From NCBI GenBank assembly GCA_963785235.1, contig CAWAUM010000013.1, forward strand, positions 160,001-224,000: 64,000 nucleotides of DNA, read 5' to 3'. The translations under genes and the position numbers were made by a program. Within the stretch, counting starts at the first letter, position 1. Every line of letters begins with the position of its first letter. Below, piece by piece: positions 30,251 through 40,636 of the stretch. The DNA comes from an uncultured delta proteobacterium (GTDB lineage: Bacteria; Desulfobacterota; Desulfomonilia; UBA1062). The notes beneath the pieces were generated by a model. The model saw only the letters and a list, made by a program, of their open reading frames with translations. It was not told the DNA's origin and searched no databases.

Positions 30251-31936
30251 ATGAGCAATGGGACGGAAAAGATCATATATTCCATGATGAGGGTAAGCAA
30301 ATCTTACCAGAACAAACCGGTAATAAAGGATATTTCCCTGTCTTATTTTTACGGGGCCAAGATCGGTGTGCTCGGTCTGAACGGGTCAGGAAAAAGTACG
30401 CTGCTGCGCATCATGGCCGGTGTTGATGATAAGTTCGACGGCAAGGCTATCATCTCGCCGGGATACACCTTAGGACTGCTTGAACAGGAGCCCAAGCTCG
30501 ACGCGGACAAGACGGTGAAGGCAGTTGTGGAAGAAGGCCTGCAGGATACCGTTGACCTGGTCAAGGAGTATAATGCCATCAGCGAAAAATTCTCAGAGCC
30601 CATGAGTGACGACGAGATGGACAAGCTCATGGCACGACAGGGTGAGTTGCAGGAAAAGATCGACCACGTCAATGCCTGGGATATCGAGTCACGCCTGGAC
30701 ATGGCCATGGATGCGCTGCGCTGCCCCCCTGCCGATACACCCATCCGTGTTCTTTCAGGCGGTGAAAAGAGGCGGGTGGCCCTGTGCAGGCTCCTGCTGC
30801 AGAAACCCGACATCCTTCTTCTGGATGAACCGACCAATCATCTTGACGCAGAGACTGTGGCCTGGCTTGAGCATCACCTCCAGCAGTATGAAGGCACGGT
30901 CATCGCGGTCACCCATGACCGGTATTTTCTGGATAACGTAGCCGGCTGGATCCTGGAGCTTGACCGGGGATACGGCATCCCCTGGAAGGGCAACTACTCG
31001 TCCTGGCTCGAGCAGAAGCAGAACAGGCTCGCCACTGAGGAGAAGCATGAGTCAGAGCGGCAGAAGACCCTGCAGCGGGAATTGGAGTGGATTCACATGT
31101 CACCCAAGGGCCGCCATGCCAAGGCAAAGGCGCGCATCAATTCATATGAGAACCTCCTGAATCAGAACTTCGAGAAAGAGGACCGCGAGCTCGAGATCTA
31201 TATCCCGCCGGGACCACGCCTGGGAAAGCTCGTCATACAGGCGGAGAATGTTTCCAAGGCTTACGGAGAAAATCTGCTCTTTGAGAATATGAATTTCTCG
31301 CTGCCCGCAGGTGGTATCGTGGGCATTATCGGTCCCAACGGCGCAGGCAAGACAACACTCTTCAGGATGATAACCGGTAAGGAACAGCCCGACAGCGGCA
31401 CCATCAGGATCGGAGAGTCCGTAAAGCTCTCCTATGTCGACCAGGAACGTGACACCCTGGATCCCGGCAAGAACATCTGGGAAGTGATATCCGGCGGCCA
31501 CGATACGATAGAGCTCGGCAAGCAGGAGGTGAACTCCAGGGCCTATGTGGCGCGGTTCAACTTCTCGGGAACCGACCAGCAGAAAAAGGTGAACATGATC
31601 TCGGGCGGAGAACGCAACCGCGTGCACCTCGCATGCATGCTCAAGGAAGGCGCCAATGTGCTGCTTTTGGACGAACCGACCAACGATCTGGACGTGAACA
31701 CCATGCGCGCCCTTGAGGAAGCCCTGGAGCACTTTGGCGGATGTGCGGTCATCATCACCCACGACCGCTGGTTTTTAGACCGCATTGCCACGCATATCCT
31801 TGCCTTCGAGGGGGACAGCTCCGTGGTATGGTCCGAAGGCAATTACTCCGATTACGAGGCGGACAGGAAGAAGAGGCTTGGCAAGGCAGCCGACCAGCCG
31901 CACAGGATCAAGTACCGGCACCTGACTAGGGGGTAG
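30251..31936 (+). CDS. ettA: Energy-dependent translational throttle EttA (ABC-F)
   Basis: GAKIGVLGLNGSGKST, LSGGEKRRVALCRLLL, GNYSSWLEQK, two ABC cassettes, HRIKY end. Confidence 0.95.
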   Translation: MSNGTEKIIYSMMRVSKSYQNKPVIKDISLSYFYGAKIGVLGLNGSGKSTLLRIMAGVDDKFDGKAIISPGYTLGLLEQEPKLDADKTVKAVVEEGLQDTVDLVKEYNAISEKFSEPMSDDEMDKLMARQGELQEKIDHVNAWDIESRLDMAMDALRCPPADTPIRVLSGGEKRRVALCRLLLQKPDILLLDEPTNHLDAETVAWLEHHLQQYEGTVIAVTHDRYFLDNVAGWILELDRGYGIPWKGNYSSWLEQKQNRLATEEKHESERQKTLQRELEWIHMSPKGRHAKAKARINSYENLLNQNFEKEDRELEIYIPPGPRLGKLVIQAENVSKAYGENLLFENMNFSLPAGGIVGIIGPNGAGKTTLFRMITGKEQPDSGTIRIGESVKLSYVDQERDTLDPGKNIWEVISGGHDTIELGKQEVNSRAYVARFNFSGTDQQKKVNMISGGERNRVHLACMLKEGANVLLLDEPTNDLDVNTMRALEEALEHFGGCAVIITHDRWFLDRIATHILAFEGDSSVVWSEGNYSDYEADRKKRLGKAADQPHRIKYRHLTRG

Positions 31937-31978
31937 ACCGGTCGTTTGTGGAATGAAGAAGAACAGGAGGAGAAATCC

Positions 31979-32554
31979 ATGAAAGTGGTCGCCTTTAACG
32001 GGAGCGCACGAAGAGACGGGAATACGGCCATCCTTGTGAAGCATGTGTTTGCAGAACTGGAAAAGAAAGGCATAGAAACGGAACTGGTCCAACTGGCCCG
32101 CAAAGACATACGCGGCTGCATTGTCTGCTACAAGTGCTTTACCAATCTGGACAAACAGTGCTCGGTAAAGAATGACTCGGTAAACGAATGCATCAGCAAG
32201 ATGCTTGATGCCGATGGGATCATCCTGGCATCCCCCACCTACTTCACCGATGTCACAACCGAGATGAAGGCGCTCATCGACAGGGCAGGCATGGTGGCAA
32301 AGGCAAACAGCGACATGTTCAAACGCAAGGTGGGGGCCGCTGTTGTAGCAGCCAGAAGGGGTGGCGCCATCCATACCTTCGACACGCTGAACCACTTCTT
32401 TTTTATCAGCCAGATGGTCGTGCCCGGGTCAAACTACTGGAACGTGGGTATCGGTAGGGAACCGGGCGACGTGGATAAAGACGCAGAAGGGATCACCACC
32501 ATGAAGACCCTCGGTGAGAACATGGCATGGCTTATGAAGAAGATTCACTCATAA
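31979..32554 (+). CDS. Flavodoxin family iron-sulfur flavoprotein
   Basis: NGSARRDGNT, GCIVCYKC.....QC, SPTYF, RRGGA. Confidence 0.9.
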   Translation: MKVVAFNGSARRDGNTAILVKHVFAELEKKGIETELVQLARKDIRGCIVCYKCFTNLDKQCSVKNDSVNECISKMLDADGIILASPTYFTDVTTEMKALIDRAGMVAKANSDMFKRKVGAAVVAARRGGAIHTFDTLNHFFFISQMVVPGSNYWNVGIGREPGDVDKDAEGITTMKTLGENMAWLMKKIHS

Positions 32555-32580
32555 GGGGTACGACTTTAGAAAGGAGACCC

Positions 32581-32898
32581 ATGTCGCCACAGAACGAACA
32601 GCAACTGAGAGATAAGCTTACCGGCGAACTCGATGTGTCCTCGTGGAAGGGGTTGATCCCCGAGATGCTCTCCAAATCGCTCTTTAGCGTTTCCAAAGAC
32701 CTCGACCTGGTGGAAGTGGGTGTACGGGTAGCCATGGACTGTAGCAATGAGGTGAAACAATGGCTAGATTCCGGTCTCCTGAAGCGGCCTACCAAGGATC
32801 AGATCCGTCATTGGGAGACCTTCGGCTCCCTCTTCCAGTTCATCATCGTTGAGCCCTATGTCTTCTTCCAGGAATACGACGTCAAGATCAATTCATAA
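32581..32898 (+). CDS. DUF2288 family protein
   Basis: W..L, VSKDLDLVEVG, VKQWL, IVEPYVFFQE. Confidence 0.78.
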   Translation: MSPQNEQQLRDKLTGELDVSSWKGLIPEMLSKSLFSVSKDLDLVEVGVRVAMDCSNEVKQWLDSGLLKRPTKDQIRHWETFGSLFQFIIVEPYVFFQEYDVKINS

Positions 32899-32913
32899 CT
32901 ATAACAGTATGTT

Positions 32914-32939
32914 GGGTTCATTCAAATGCAGAATCCGGG
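32914..32939. mobile_element. Solitary right end of the same MITE family
   Basis: GGGTTCATTCAAATGCAGAATCCGGG matches the right ends at 18190-18215 and 35716-35741. Confidence 0.65.
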
Positions 32940-32996
32940 TAAAACACTGGCAGTGGTTAGCCATATGATCTATCGCACCGGGAAAAGGACGAACCC

Positions 32997-33839
32997 TTGA
33001 CACCGCATATCCTGGGGGTGCTCTGCGCCCTCCTCTCGGCCGTGATCTGGGGCACGGGCGACTTCACCGGCGGCATTGCCACGAGGTCAAAAAATGAGTA
33101 TCAGGTCCTCTTCCTGGCATCGATCCCCGGCATAACGATCCTGGCAATCTTTGCCCTGTTATTCAAAGAAGTAATTCCGTCTGCAAAAGATGCATTATGG
33201 TCCTTCAGTGCGGGCCTGTCGGGAGCTTTTGGCATTACAGCCCTCTATAAGGGGCTCTCCCTGGGGAATGCCGCTGCCATAGCACCCATTGCGGCGGTTA
33301 TCGGTGCCGGGCTCCCGGTGGTATTCAGCTTCCTTGAACTCGGCCTGCCCGGCTCGGTTCAGATCCTGGGTTTCATCATGGCCATTATGGGCATCTGGCT
33401 CGTATCCAGACCTCCTGGGGGCCAGAGACATGCAAACAGACAGGAGCTGATCCTGGCGATGATTGCCGGGGTTGGGTTCGGCGGCTTTTTCATCCTCATC
33501 GTCCAGGTGGACAAGGGGCTTGTGTTCTTGCCCCTGGTCATCTCAAAGATTGCAGCGATCATTCTTGCCGTTTCCACCCTCCTGTTCAGGCGTGAGACGC
33601 TTCCTTCCCTGAAAGGAAACCCCATCGCACTCGTTACCGGTCTGTTCGATGCGGGGGGAAACATCTTTTTCATGCTGGCAAAGCAGTATACCAGGCTCGA
33701 TGTGGCTGCCGTGCTTGCCTCCATGTACCCTTCCATCACCGTGATCCTCGCCTGGATGATCCTGAAGGAAAAGGTTTGTGCATCCCAGTGGCAGGGGGTG
33801 GTACTGTGCATCATTGCCATCGCCCTCATCGGGGTGTGA
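32997..33839 (+). CDS. DMT/EamA family transporter
   Basis: About 10 hydrophobic segments; WGTGDFTGG; ASMYPSITVILA..ILKEK. Confidence 0.9.
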   Translation: MTPHILGVLCALLSAVIWGTGDFTGGIATRSKNEYQVLFLASIPGITILAIFALLFKEVIPSAKDALWSFSAGLSGAFGITALYKGLSLGNAAAIAPIAAVIGAGLPVVFSFLELGLPGSVQILGFIMAIMGIWLVSRPPGGQRHANRQELILAMIAGVGFGGFFILIVQVDKGLVFLPLVISKIAAIILAVSTLLFRRETLPSLKGNPIALVTGLFDAGGNIFFMLAKQYTRLDVAAVLASMYPSITVILAWMILKEKVCASQWQGVVLCIIAIALIGV

Positions 33840-33854
33840 TGCCTGCTGAATTGG

Positions 33855-33905
33855 CCCGTTCAAAACATGGATCTCGGCTTCACCGAGATTCATGTTTTGA
33901 ACGGG
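33855..33905. repeat. Hairpin sharing ends with the inner 28-bp-arm element; likely bidirectional terminator
   Basis: CCCGTTCAAAACATGGATCTCGG-CTTCA-CCGAGATTCATGTTTTGAACGGG between convergent genes. Confidence 0.7.
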
Positions 33906-33965
33906 TAAGGTCTTTTTCTCGCAACAAATTGTTTGGAGAATTGTGTAAGCGCCTCTTACCATTTT

Positions 33966-35546
33966 CTACCGACTCCTGAAGAGGGTCCAGTCGAGTTCCG
34001 GCCAGGGGCAGTCAATGTCTTCGATTTGGTGCAGCTGTTCTTCCGAGAGCCGGGTGTGGTCGGACAGATCCTTTGCAGCCCAGATGAGCTTCAGAAATCG
34101 CTGGTGATGGTGATGGAAGCGCTGGTTGGCATATTCCTTGGCCTGCGTTGTAAACAGGAGGAAGGGCCAGTCGCTGCCCTGCATGAGCAGGAGCTCCCGG
34201 GCCAGCTGCCGCAGGATGCGTACTCCTCGCTCGTCTTGTGGCTTCACCCCGGCTATGACCTGTTCCGCCTCGCGTGAGCTCGAGTTGATCGAGGGCCAGA
34301 TCCACCCGTGCTCCGGATTCTGCCAGACCGTGAAATCGGAGTTCAGTCCCCATGTGCTGGGTTGCATGCTGATAAAAGAAAATCCTTCCCGGTGGGTATC
34401 GAGATATTGCCCCAGGCTTCTGCAGGAAACCGAGTCTTCCTTTGCCAGCAGCCGGCAGACCTGCTCAAGCCAGTTAACGCCTTCATGCCACCAGTGACCG
34501 AACAACTCGCAATCATATGGGGCAACAATTATGGGCTCTGCATCGGAAATGTCCGTCTGTTCAAGAAGACTACTGACGAGGCTGGTAAAATGCCGCGCAT
34601 GGCTTTTTATACGATCACCGGCCATCTTCGGATCATAAACCTGCTTATCGGGCTGACCTGTAACCCGCCAGTAATGCAGCCCCGACTCGGAATCCTTTCG
34701 GTGGAATTCGAGGTAATACGGATCGCCGGGGTAACCCAGCTCAGGCGACCAGACCTGTTTTCCCGTTTCCCCATTCCGTCCGAATACCGAAACGCCTGAT
34801 GCCAGCTTGTAGCCGTTATACGTGGTAGGGGCGGCTTCCTGATGCCGGTTTTCCAAAAAGGAAGCACCTGTAATGCCGACATTCTCCACGAAGAAATACT
34901 CGATTCCTTCGGAGCCTAGCCATTCATCAATGGACTTACGCATGCGCTGATCCTTGTGGGACCACACTGCAGGTCTGTAAGCGCATTCAGGCAGCCAGAA
35001 CCCGCGCGGGGAACGGCCGAAATATTGTTTGTATGTTTCTACACCTATGTGTATCTGTGCCCATATCATGCTGTCGCATTCCATGAGCGGCAGGAATCCA
35101 TGGGTGGCTGCCGATGTCAGGACCTCAATAGCTCCCTCGTCCTGGAGCCATTTCAAGGTGCCCAGGATATCCCGGTAAAAATCATCTGTGTAGGTCTTGT
35201 AGTTACCCTCAAAGTGATCCAGCCAATACCTTGCAACCAGACACATGTCAGGGTCTGCCCGGAAGCGCTCCATGTCGTTACGGGCACGGTTGATCTTGTC
35301 TTCCATATAGGCACAGAAACGGTCTTTCATGTACTCATCACGGAGCTGCTCCATGAGTATAGGCACAAGGCCGATCATAAGCCTTGGATGTATCCCGTCA
35401 AAATGAAGAGAGCGCAGGATCCTTAAAAGCGGGATATAGGTCTCGTTCATGGCCTCAAAGAGCCACTCCTCACCTGCCGGCCATACCCCAGATTTCCTAC
35501 AGTAAGGGATGTGGCTGTGCAGCATCATGGCAAAGACACCCGGCAT
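33966..35546 (-). CDS. GH57 1,4-alpha-glucan branching enzyme
   Basis: LHSHIPY, EEWLFEA..ETYIP, ATHGFLP, WLPECAY, PYDCELFGHWWHEG, SDWPF; AGGAGG RBS. Confidence 0.92.
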   Translation of the reverse strand: MPGVFAMMLHSHIPYCRKSGVWPAGEEWLFEAMNETYIPLLRILRSLHFDGIHPRLMIGLVPILMEQLRDEYMKDRFCAYMEDKINRARNDMERFRADPDMCLVARYWLDHFEGNYKTYTDDFYRDILGTLKWLQDEGAIEVLTSAATHGFLPLMECDSMIWAQIHIGVETYKQYFGRSPRGFWLPECAYRPAVWSHKDQRMRKSIDEWLGSEGIEYFFVENVGITGASFLENRHQEAAPTTYNGYKLASGVSVFGRNGETGKQVWSPELGYPGDPYYLEFHRKDSESGLHYWRVTGQPDKQVYDPKMAGDRIKSHARHFTSLVSSLLEQTDISDAEPIIVAPYDCELFGHWWHEGVNWLEQVCRLLAKEDSVSCRSLGQYLDTHREGFSFISMQPSTWGLNSDFTVWQNPEHGWIWPSINSSSREAEQVIAGVKPQDERGVRILRQLARELLLMQGSDWPFLLFTTQAKEYANQRFHHHHQRFLKLIWAAKDLSDHTRLSEEQLHQIEDIDCPWPELDWTLFRSR

Positions 35547-35634
35547 ATTGCTCCTCCTTAAATTCATATGATGCCTTATAGCCTTCTTGATCAATTCCAG
35601 CCAGGATGAATTCTGTTTCAATCATTGCACTAAA

Positions 35635-35741
35635 CCCGGATTCTGCGCTTGAAAGTGAGTAAAAAATACCATGATCACAATGAGTTTTATGCTTAAAGAT
35701 GCAAGAGGCAATTATGGGCACATTCAAAAGCAAAATCCGGG
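35635..35741. mobile_element. 107-bp MITE copy lacking the inner hairpin
   Basis: CCCGGATTCTGC...GCAAAATCCGGG. Internal ATACCATGATCACAATGAGTTTTATGCTTAA aligns with the 18006 copy. Flanks CTAAA/TTAAA. Confidence 0.78.
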
Positions 35742-35997
35742 TTAAATTAAATTTTTAGGTTCCCTGCAAAGCCAAAAAAAATCCCCCTTCCCAAGGGCAT
35801 GAAGGAAGGAGGAAAATTTAGAGGTTTGATGTTGAGAGAAAACTCATAATACTAATTGAAAAACCAAAGGCAATAAGGAGGCACCATTTTTTAACTACTT
35901 TTACAAACGAACCCTTGATGAATAATAAAGGTTATTGCATTTGTTGGTGCAATCGAGATATTTTCAAATATCACCCAGAGAGAAGGCGGGTTATAAT

Positions 35998-36735
35998 TTG
36001 TTTTTACTCAAGAAAATAATAAGTGGTTTTCTCATGCCACTTTCAATCCTTCTCAGTCTCTTCCTCATGGGACTGATAATGCTTCGGACCAATCGAACCC
36101 GGCCTGCAGCAAAGAAGGTCCTCGCTTTTACTTTCTTCCTCCTCGTGCTTCTCGGTTATGGCGTTCTGTCCTATTGGCCCCTTTATAAGCTGGAGGGTCT
36201 CTATCCTCCGATTGATATCAAGTCGGTAAAACCGAACAGCATCAAATGGGTTGTGGTGCTGGCAGGAAGTCCTGATGAAACAATAGTACGTCTTACCGAA
36301 GGTATCCGCATCTACAGATCTCTTCCCGGGACTAAACTCATCATGTCCGGGGGTAAAGTGGTCGATGCTGCACCGGAGCCATCGTCATCCAAAATGGCCC
36401 GGATTGCAACCGGACTGGGCGTCAACGCTCACGATATTGTTCAGGAGAATATTTCAAGAGACACCAAAGACGAGGCGAGGATCGTCAGGTCCATGATCCA
36501 TGAGACACCCTTTGTCCTGGTAACCTCTGCCTATCACATGCCTCGGTCCATGGCACTTTTCAAAGCACAAGGCATGCACCCCATACCCGCACCCACAGGG
36601 CACCACATACTTCCTCATGAACGCTATCTCAGCCCTTACTGGTTTTTCCCGAGCACAAACAATATCATGGAGGCAGAGATTGTCCTTCACGAAGTCCTGG
36701 GTATCATCAGTGCCGGGATAATGGCGCAACTGTAG
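35998..36735 (+). CDS. YdcF/ElyC (DUF218) family membrane protein
   Basis: Two N-terminal TMs, RLTEGI, MSGG, SRDTKDEA, LVTSAYHMPRS, HEVLG; start uncertain. Confidence 0.88.
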   Translation: MFLLKKIISGFLMPLSILLSLFLMGLIMLRTNRTRPAAKKVLAFTFFLLVLLGYGVLSYWPLYKLEGLYPPIDIKSVKPNSIKWVVVLAGSPDETIVRLTEGIRIYRSLPGTKLIMSGGKVVDAAPEPSSSKMARIATGLGVNAHDIVQENISRDTKDEARIVRSMIHETPFVLVTSAYHMPRSMALFKAQGMHPIPAPTGHHILPHERYLSPYWFFPSTNNIMEAEIVLHEVLGIISAGIMAQL

Positions 36736-36746
36736 GTGAACAAATC

Positions 36747-37103
36747 ATGAAGCCGAATCCATGTCTGACCTGTGGTGCATGCTGTGCATTTTTCCGGGCC
36801 TCTTTCTACTGGGCCGAGGCGGATGATGCAAACCCAGGGGGTGTCCCGGTGGATATGACCAGAAAACTCAATGAGTTCCGCAGGTCCATGATCGGCATGG
36901 ATGGCACGAAACCAAGGTGTATCGCCTTGCAAGGAGAAATCGGAAAAGCCGTTTTCTGTTCCATTCATGAAAGGCGCTCATCAGTCTGCCGCGACTTTGA
37001 ACCGTCATGGGAGAACGGCCTCCATAACGAGAGGTGCGACAAGGCCAGACGGGCATGGGGACTTGAACCACTTAATGCACAAGACTGGGATGAGGATACA
37101 TAG
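36747..37103 (+). CDS. YkgJ family cysteine cluster protein
   Basis: NPCLTCGACCAFFRASFYWAE, CSIHERRSSVCR. Confidence 0.9.
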   Translation: MKPNPCLTCGACCAFFRASFYWAEADDANPGGVPVDMTRKLNEFRRSMIGMDGTKPRCIALQGEIGKAVFCSIHERRSSVCRDFEPSWENGLHNERCDKARRAWGLEPLNAQDWDEDT

Positions 37104-37169
37104 TATCGGATAATGTGTTTTGCTGCAGAAAAAACCGTAAATACCCTTGTTGGGTTCCTGGAACTGCCT

Positions 37170-37847
37170 CTATTTCAGCGGTGTTTCACCAAAATCTTCA
37201 ACTGCATAGATATATTTGCTGATATGATTATGAATTTCCTGCTCAAGCACCATGAATTCTACGCCGACAATCATTTCTTTCCTGCTCTTCTTGATGTTCC
37301 GCACAGTACCCAGGACCTCATGGTCACCATGAATCCCAGGGAATTTGCACATCAATTTGACATCATCATCTATTTGAACAGGGGGCAGCGGCTCCCTTTG
37401 TGAAGCCAGTATGTGAAAGCGGCAGCCATTTATGCTGATATCAATTATCGCCCCTTTGATTATCTTGTCTTTGACTTTGATGGTTGCAGGGAAAATACTC
37501 TGTGCCCTTTTTTGTGAACGGAGATCGTGGTGTTCTATGATCTTCGGATATTCAAGGAAAAGCAGCTTAACAGGCCTGGTAATCATCTCAATCAGCTTTG
37601 TCTGGAAACCAAAGACTATCCCCTGATAGATGTATCTGACAACAATATCGAACCCGGGAATGAGCTTGTGCTTAACATTGGAAAACTGAGCTGGGATCTT
37701 TATGATAAGATACTCATCGATCTCCATCCCCACAAGGATGCTCTGGAGCGGGAAAGCAACACCATCCAACTTCAACTGGATAGGAATACCTATTTCCAGA
37801 CTGATGCGTTTGCCAAATTCAGAAAAGTCGATATCTATTTCTTTCAT
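37170..37847 (-). CDS. Flagellar brake / PilZ domain c-di-GMP receptor
   Basis: N-terminal YcgR-like barrel, RSQKR (RxxxR) and DISING (DxSxxG). Confidence 0.85.
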   Translation of the reverse strand: MKEIDIDFSEFGKRISLEIGIPIQLKLDGVAFPLQSILVGMEIDEYLIIKIPAQFSNVKHKLIPGFDIVVRYIYQGIVFGFQTKLIEMITRPVKLLFLEYPKIIEHHDLRSQKRAQSIFPATIKVKDKIIKGAIIDISINGCRFHILASQREPLPPVQIDDDVKLMCKFPGIHGDHEVLGTVRNIKKSRKEMIVGVEFMVLEQEIHNHISKYIYAVEDFGETPLK

Positions 37848-37926
37848 AGCTATCAACAAATATCGGACAAATGAAATTTTTTCATTATGGATAAATTCAG
37901 ATTAGAGACAGTTCACTAATTTTTAG

Positions 37927-38877
37927 TCACTGCCCGGCCTCCGGTCCCAGCAATTTTACGAATGCTTCAAAGATCTCGGTATCGAATCCATGGGATACGT
38001 CCTGGTGCATGGCCTGCAAGGCCTCAAAGGGAGCAAAAGGTTTGCGGTAAGGGCGTTCTGCGGTCAGGGCCTCAAAGGCATCGGCAATACTGCAGATCCT
38101 GGCATACAAAGGTATATCATGGCTCCTTTTCTTATGTGGATAACCGCTTCCGTCTAAGTGCTCGTGGTGCGAAAGAATTATGTTAATAGCCTCCAGGCTC
38201 AATGAACCTGTAGCCATGAACCTTCTATGTCCCCAGATGGGATGCATGTGGATCAGCTGCCATTCAAAGTCGTCGAGATGACCCGGTTTATTAAGTATCT
38301 TCATAGGTATACCGGCCATACCGATATCATGCAGAAAAAACCCTGTGCTGATCCTTCTGATCTGTGACCGGTTGAGTTTATCACCCATAAGTTTGAGCAG
38401 CAGGGCCGTTGCATAGATGCCCACGCGAAGTGAGTGATGATATGTGGAGTTTCCAGAGGTATTCATACGGTGGAGATGCCCGAGCACTTCCTCATCAGAG
38501 AGGATAAGTTTCACCTGCTCGCCCGCGTCTTTCCTGACATCCATGATACTGCGAGGGATAAAACCATCATATGCATCTTTGATGGACTGCATGGCAATGG
38601 AATACATAAGATCAGCCTTCTGTCTCCCATCAAGCCTTGGGTCTGTAAGCTCATGCTTTATATCCTGTTCAAAGATGCCCCTTGCCAGCTCCCACTCATC
38701 TTCCCTCACAAAGAGCCTCGTCTCAGAGCGGCTCATCATGCTTAAGTGTATCCTGGTAAGGACTATGCCTTTGGCGGCAAAAAGGCGGTACGTGTCCTGC
38801 AATTTCATTAAGATATCAAAATCATACACATGTCCTACATGCACCTTGGATATGGGTATTTCCCTGAAGCCCTCCAT
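37927..38877 (-). CDS. HD-GYP domain cyclic dinucleotide phosphodiesterase
   Basis: HSLRV, LHDIG, HHEHLDGSGYP, ADAFEALTAERPYR. Confidence 0.9.
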   Translation of the reverse strand: MEGFREIPISKVHVGHVYDFDILMKLQDTYRLFAAKGIVLTRIHLSMMSRSETRLFVREDEWELARGIFEQDIKHELTDPRLDGRQKADLMYSIAMQSIKDAYDGFIPRSIMDVRKDAGEQVKLILSDEEVLGHLHRMNTSGNSTYHHSLRVGIYATALLLKLMGDKLNRSQIRRISTGFFLHDIGMAGIPMKILNKPGHLDDFEWQLIHMHPIWGHRRFMATGSLSLEAINIILSHHEHLDGSGYPHKKRSHDIPLYARICSIADAFEALTAERPYRKPFAPFEALQAMHQDVSHGFDTEIFEAFVKLLGPEAGQ

Positions 38878-39012
38878 GGGTTATTGATCGTCAAATCCAT
38901 TGAAATCTTGAAAGGATGGGCTTAGTTGAAAAGAGAAGATATCTTCACTTTTATTGAAGCACAAGCTACAGTGACTCCATAAAAACTCACGCACATTGAT
39001 AGTGTGATTGGT

Positions 39013-39558
39013 TCAATCCCTTAAGTTTAGTTCCTTAATCAACGGCAGCACCTTGTCTTTATCCGAGATCAGCGGTGATTGTGTGGGCCAGGGTATGGCC
39101 AGGTCAGGGTCGTCCCAGCGGATTCCACTCTCAGACTGGGGGGCATACAACGCATCAACCTTATAGAAGACCCTCGTGTCCGGCTCCAGGGTGCAGAAGC
39201 CGTGGGCAAACCCCCTGGGGACGAAGAGCATACTGGGTTTATCTGCAGATAGCTCAAAGGCGGCCCACTTCAGATGAGTAGGTGACCCTTCACACAAGTC
39301 CACTATCACGTCATATACTTTCCCGGTGAGCACCCAGACGAGTTTTGCCTGGGCATGGGGAGATCTCTGGAAATGAAGCCCCCTGATCACCCCTGCACTT
39401 ACTGAATGGGAACAATTATCCTGCACAAACTCAAGGTTCAGCCCTTTGGCGGCAAAGGCGCTGGAGCTGTAGATCTCCAGGAAAGACCCCCTTGGGTCCT
39501 GATAAAGGGTCTGTTCTATAATGTATGCCCCATGGAGGGCGGTCTCTCTCAGCTGCAT
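39013..39558 (-). CDS. rfbC: dTDP-4-dehydrorhamnose 3,5-epimerase
   Basis: DPRGSF, QDNCS, IRGLHFQ, VPRGFAHGF, ISDKD. Confidence 0.94.
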   Translation of the reverse strand: MQLRETALHGAYIIEQTLYQDPRGSFLEIYSSSAFAAKGLNLEFVQDNCSHSVSAGVIRGLHFQRSPHAQAKLVWVLTGKVYDVIVDLCEGSPTHLKWAAFELSADKPSMLFVPRGFAHGFCTLEPDTRVFYKVDALYAPQSESGIRWDDPDLAIPWPTQSPLISDKDKVLPLIKELNLRD

Positions 39559-39627
39559 GCACTATTACTCCTTAATACCCTTCTACCTGAAAGACCCCTT
39601 TAGAATCAAACGGTATAGTGAAAATTA

Positions 39628-40614
39628 TCATGAATCTCGTCGTGCAGAATCAAGCTCTCCCCTGATCTTATCTGTCCTGTCATGGTACCGAGGAGAAATA
39701 TGCATAGGCACCACCTTCTTGGCGCGCAACATCCTTGCTATCATACCGGCCTGGGCCGCCGTGAGGTGCCCCTTCTCATATGCCTGATGTTGTCTCTCAG
39801 CGAGATAATAAGCCTCGATGAAGAGGATATCCACATCTTGTCCAAGTTCTCCGATACGCTTCAGATTATCGTCGGAGGCACGGATGTCGGTGATATAGGC
39901 CATCTTATAACCCTTTGTGATGATCACCAGTTCGTTGAAAAGATCATCAACCCTTGCCCTCATGTTGCCTGTTGTGGAAGTTACTTCAATTATATCATCC
40001 ATGCGGCTTGCCAGGATTGACTCCTTTAAAATACCTATCCAGGGGCCGACCCTATATCCCAACGCATTGAACCTGGATGACTTGATGTTGAGGTGATACG
40101 GTTCCTTCAGGACAAAACCCAGGCAAGGCACATTATGATCTAGCACCATGGCATCAATGCTGTAGATGGACTTTGTCAAAATAGCAGCATCCAGTCGTGA
40201 GGAGGTAGTAGTCTGGCAGGGCGCGAAGGAGTCGCGAGCCCGGGCGCAACAGGTGATAACAACATTTTCCCTAACCTCATGGATCACAATCTCCAAAGGA
40301 TAATCTTCGGTGAGGTTCCAGGTATAGGAGACGAGTTTTCTGGTCACCTTTTCAACAATGCCTTCGGGACCATATATGTTAAGGGGCCTTTGCCTATGGA
40401 GAATAACACGCAGTATCTGGTCAAAACCCATGAAGTGATCCATGTGGAGATGACTGATGAAGATTGAATCAAGTGAGAGAATCTCACGGTTGGACAGGCC
40501 GGCCATACGGCCGCAGTCAAACAGGAGAGCTGATTTCAGATTGAGGATACGGACAAAGACCACCGGATCGAACAAGGGGCCGTTCACAAGCCGTGCGAGG
40601 AAAGTCGGCCTCAT
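39628..40614 (-). CDS. Ribonuclease Z-like MBL-fold hydrolase
   Basis: LVNGPLFDP, FDCG, SHLHMDHFMGFD, LDHNVPCLGF, HLTA, HISPRY. Confidence 0.85.
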   Translation of the reverse strand: MRPTFLARLVNGPLFDPVVFVRILNLKSALLFDCGRMAGLSNREILSLDSIFISHLHMDHFMGFDQILRVILHRQRPLNIYGPEGIVEKVTRKLVSYTWNLTEDYPLEIVIHEVRENVVITCCARARDSFAPCQTTTSSRLDAAILTKSIYSIDAMVLDHNVPCLGFVLKEPYHLNIKSSRFNALGYRVGPWIGILKESILASRMDDIIEVTSTTGNMRARVDDLFNELVIITKGYKMAYITDIRASDDNLKRIGELGQDVDILFIEAYYLAERQHQAYEKGHLTAAQAGMIARMLRAKKVVPMHISPRYHDRTDKIRGELDSARRDS

Positions 40615-40636
40615 AGAGCACCTTTAATTTACATCC

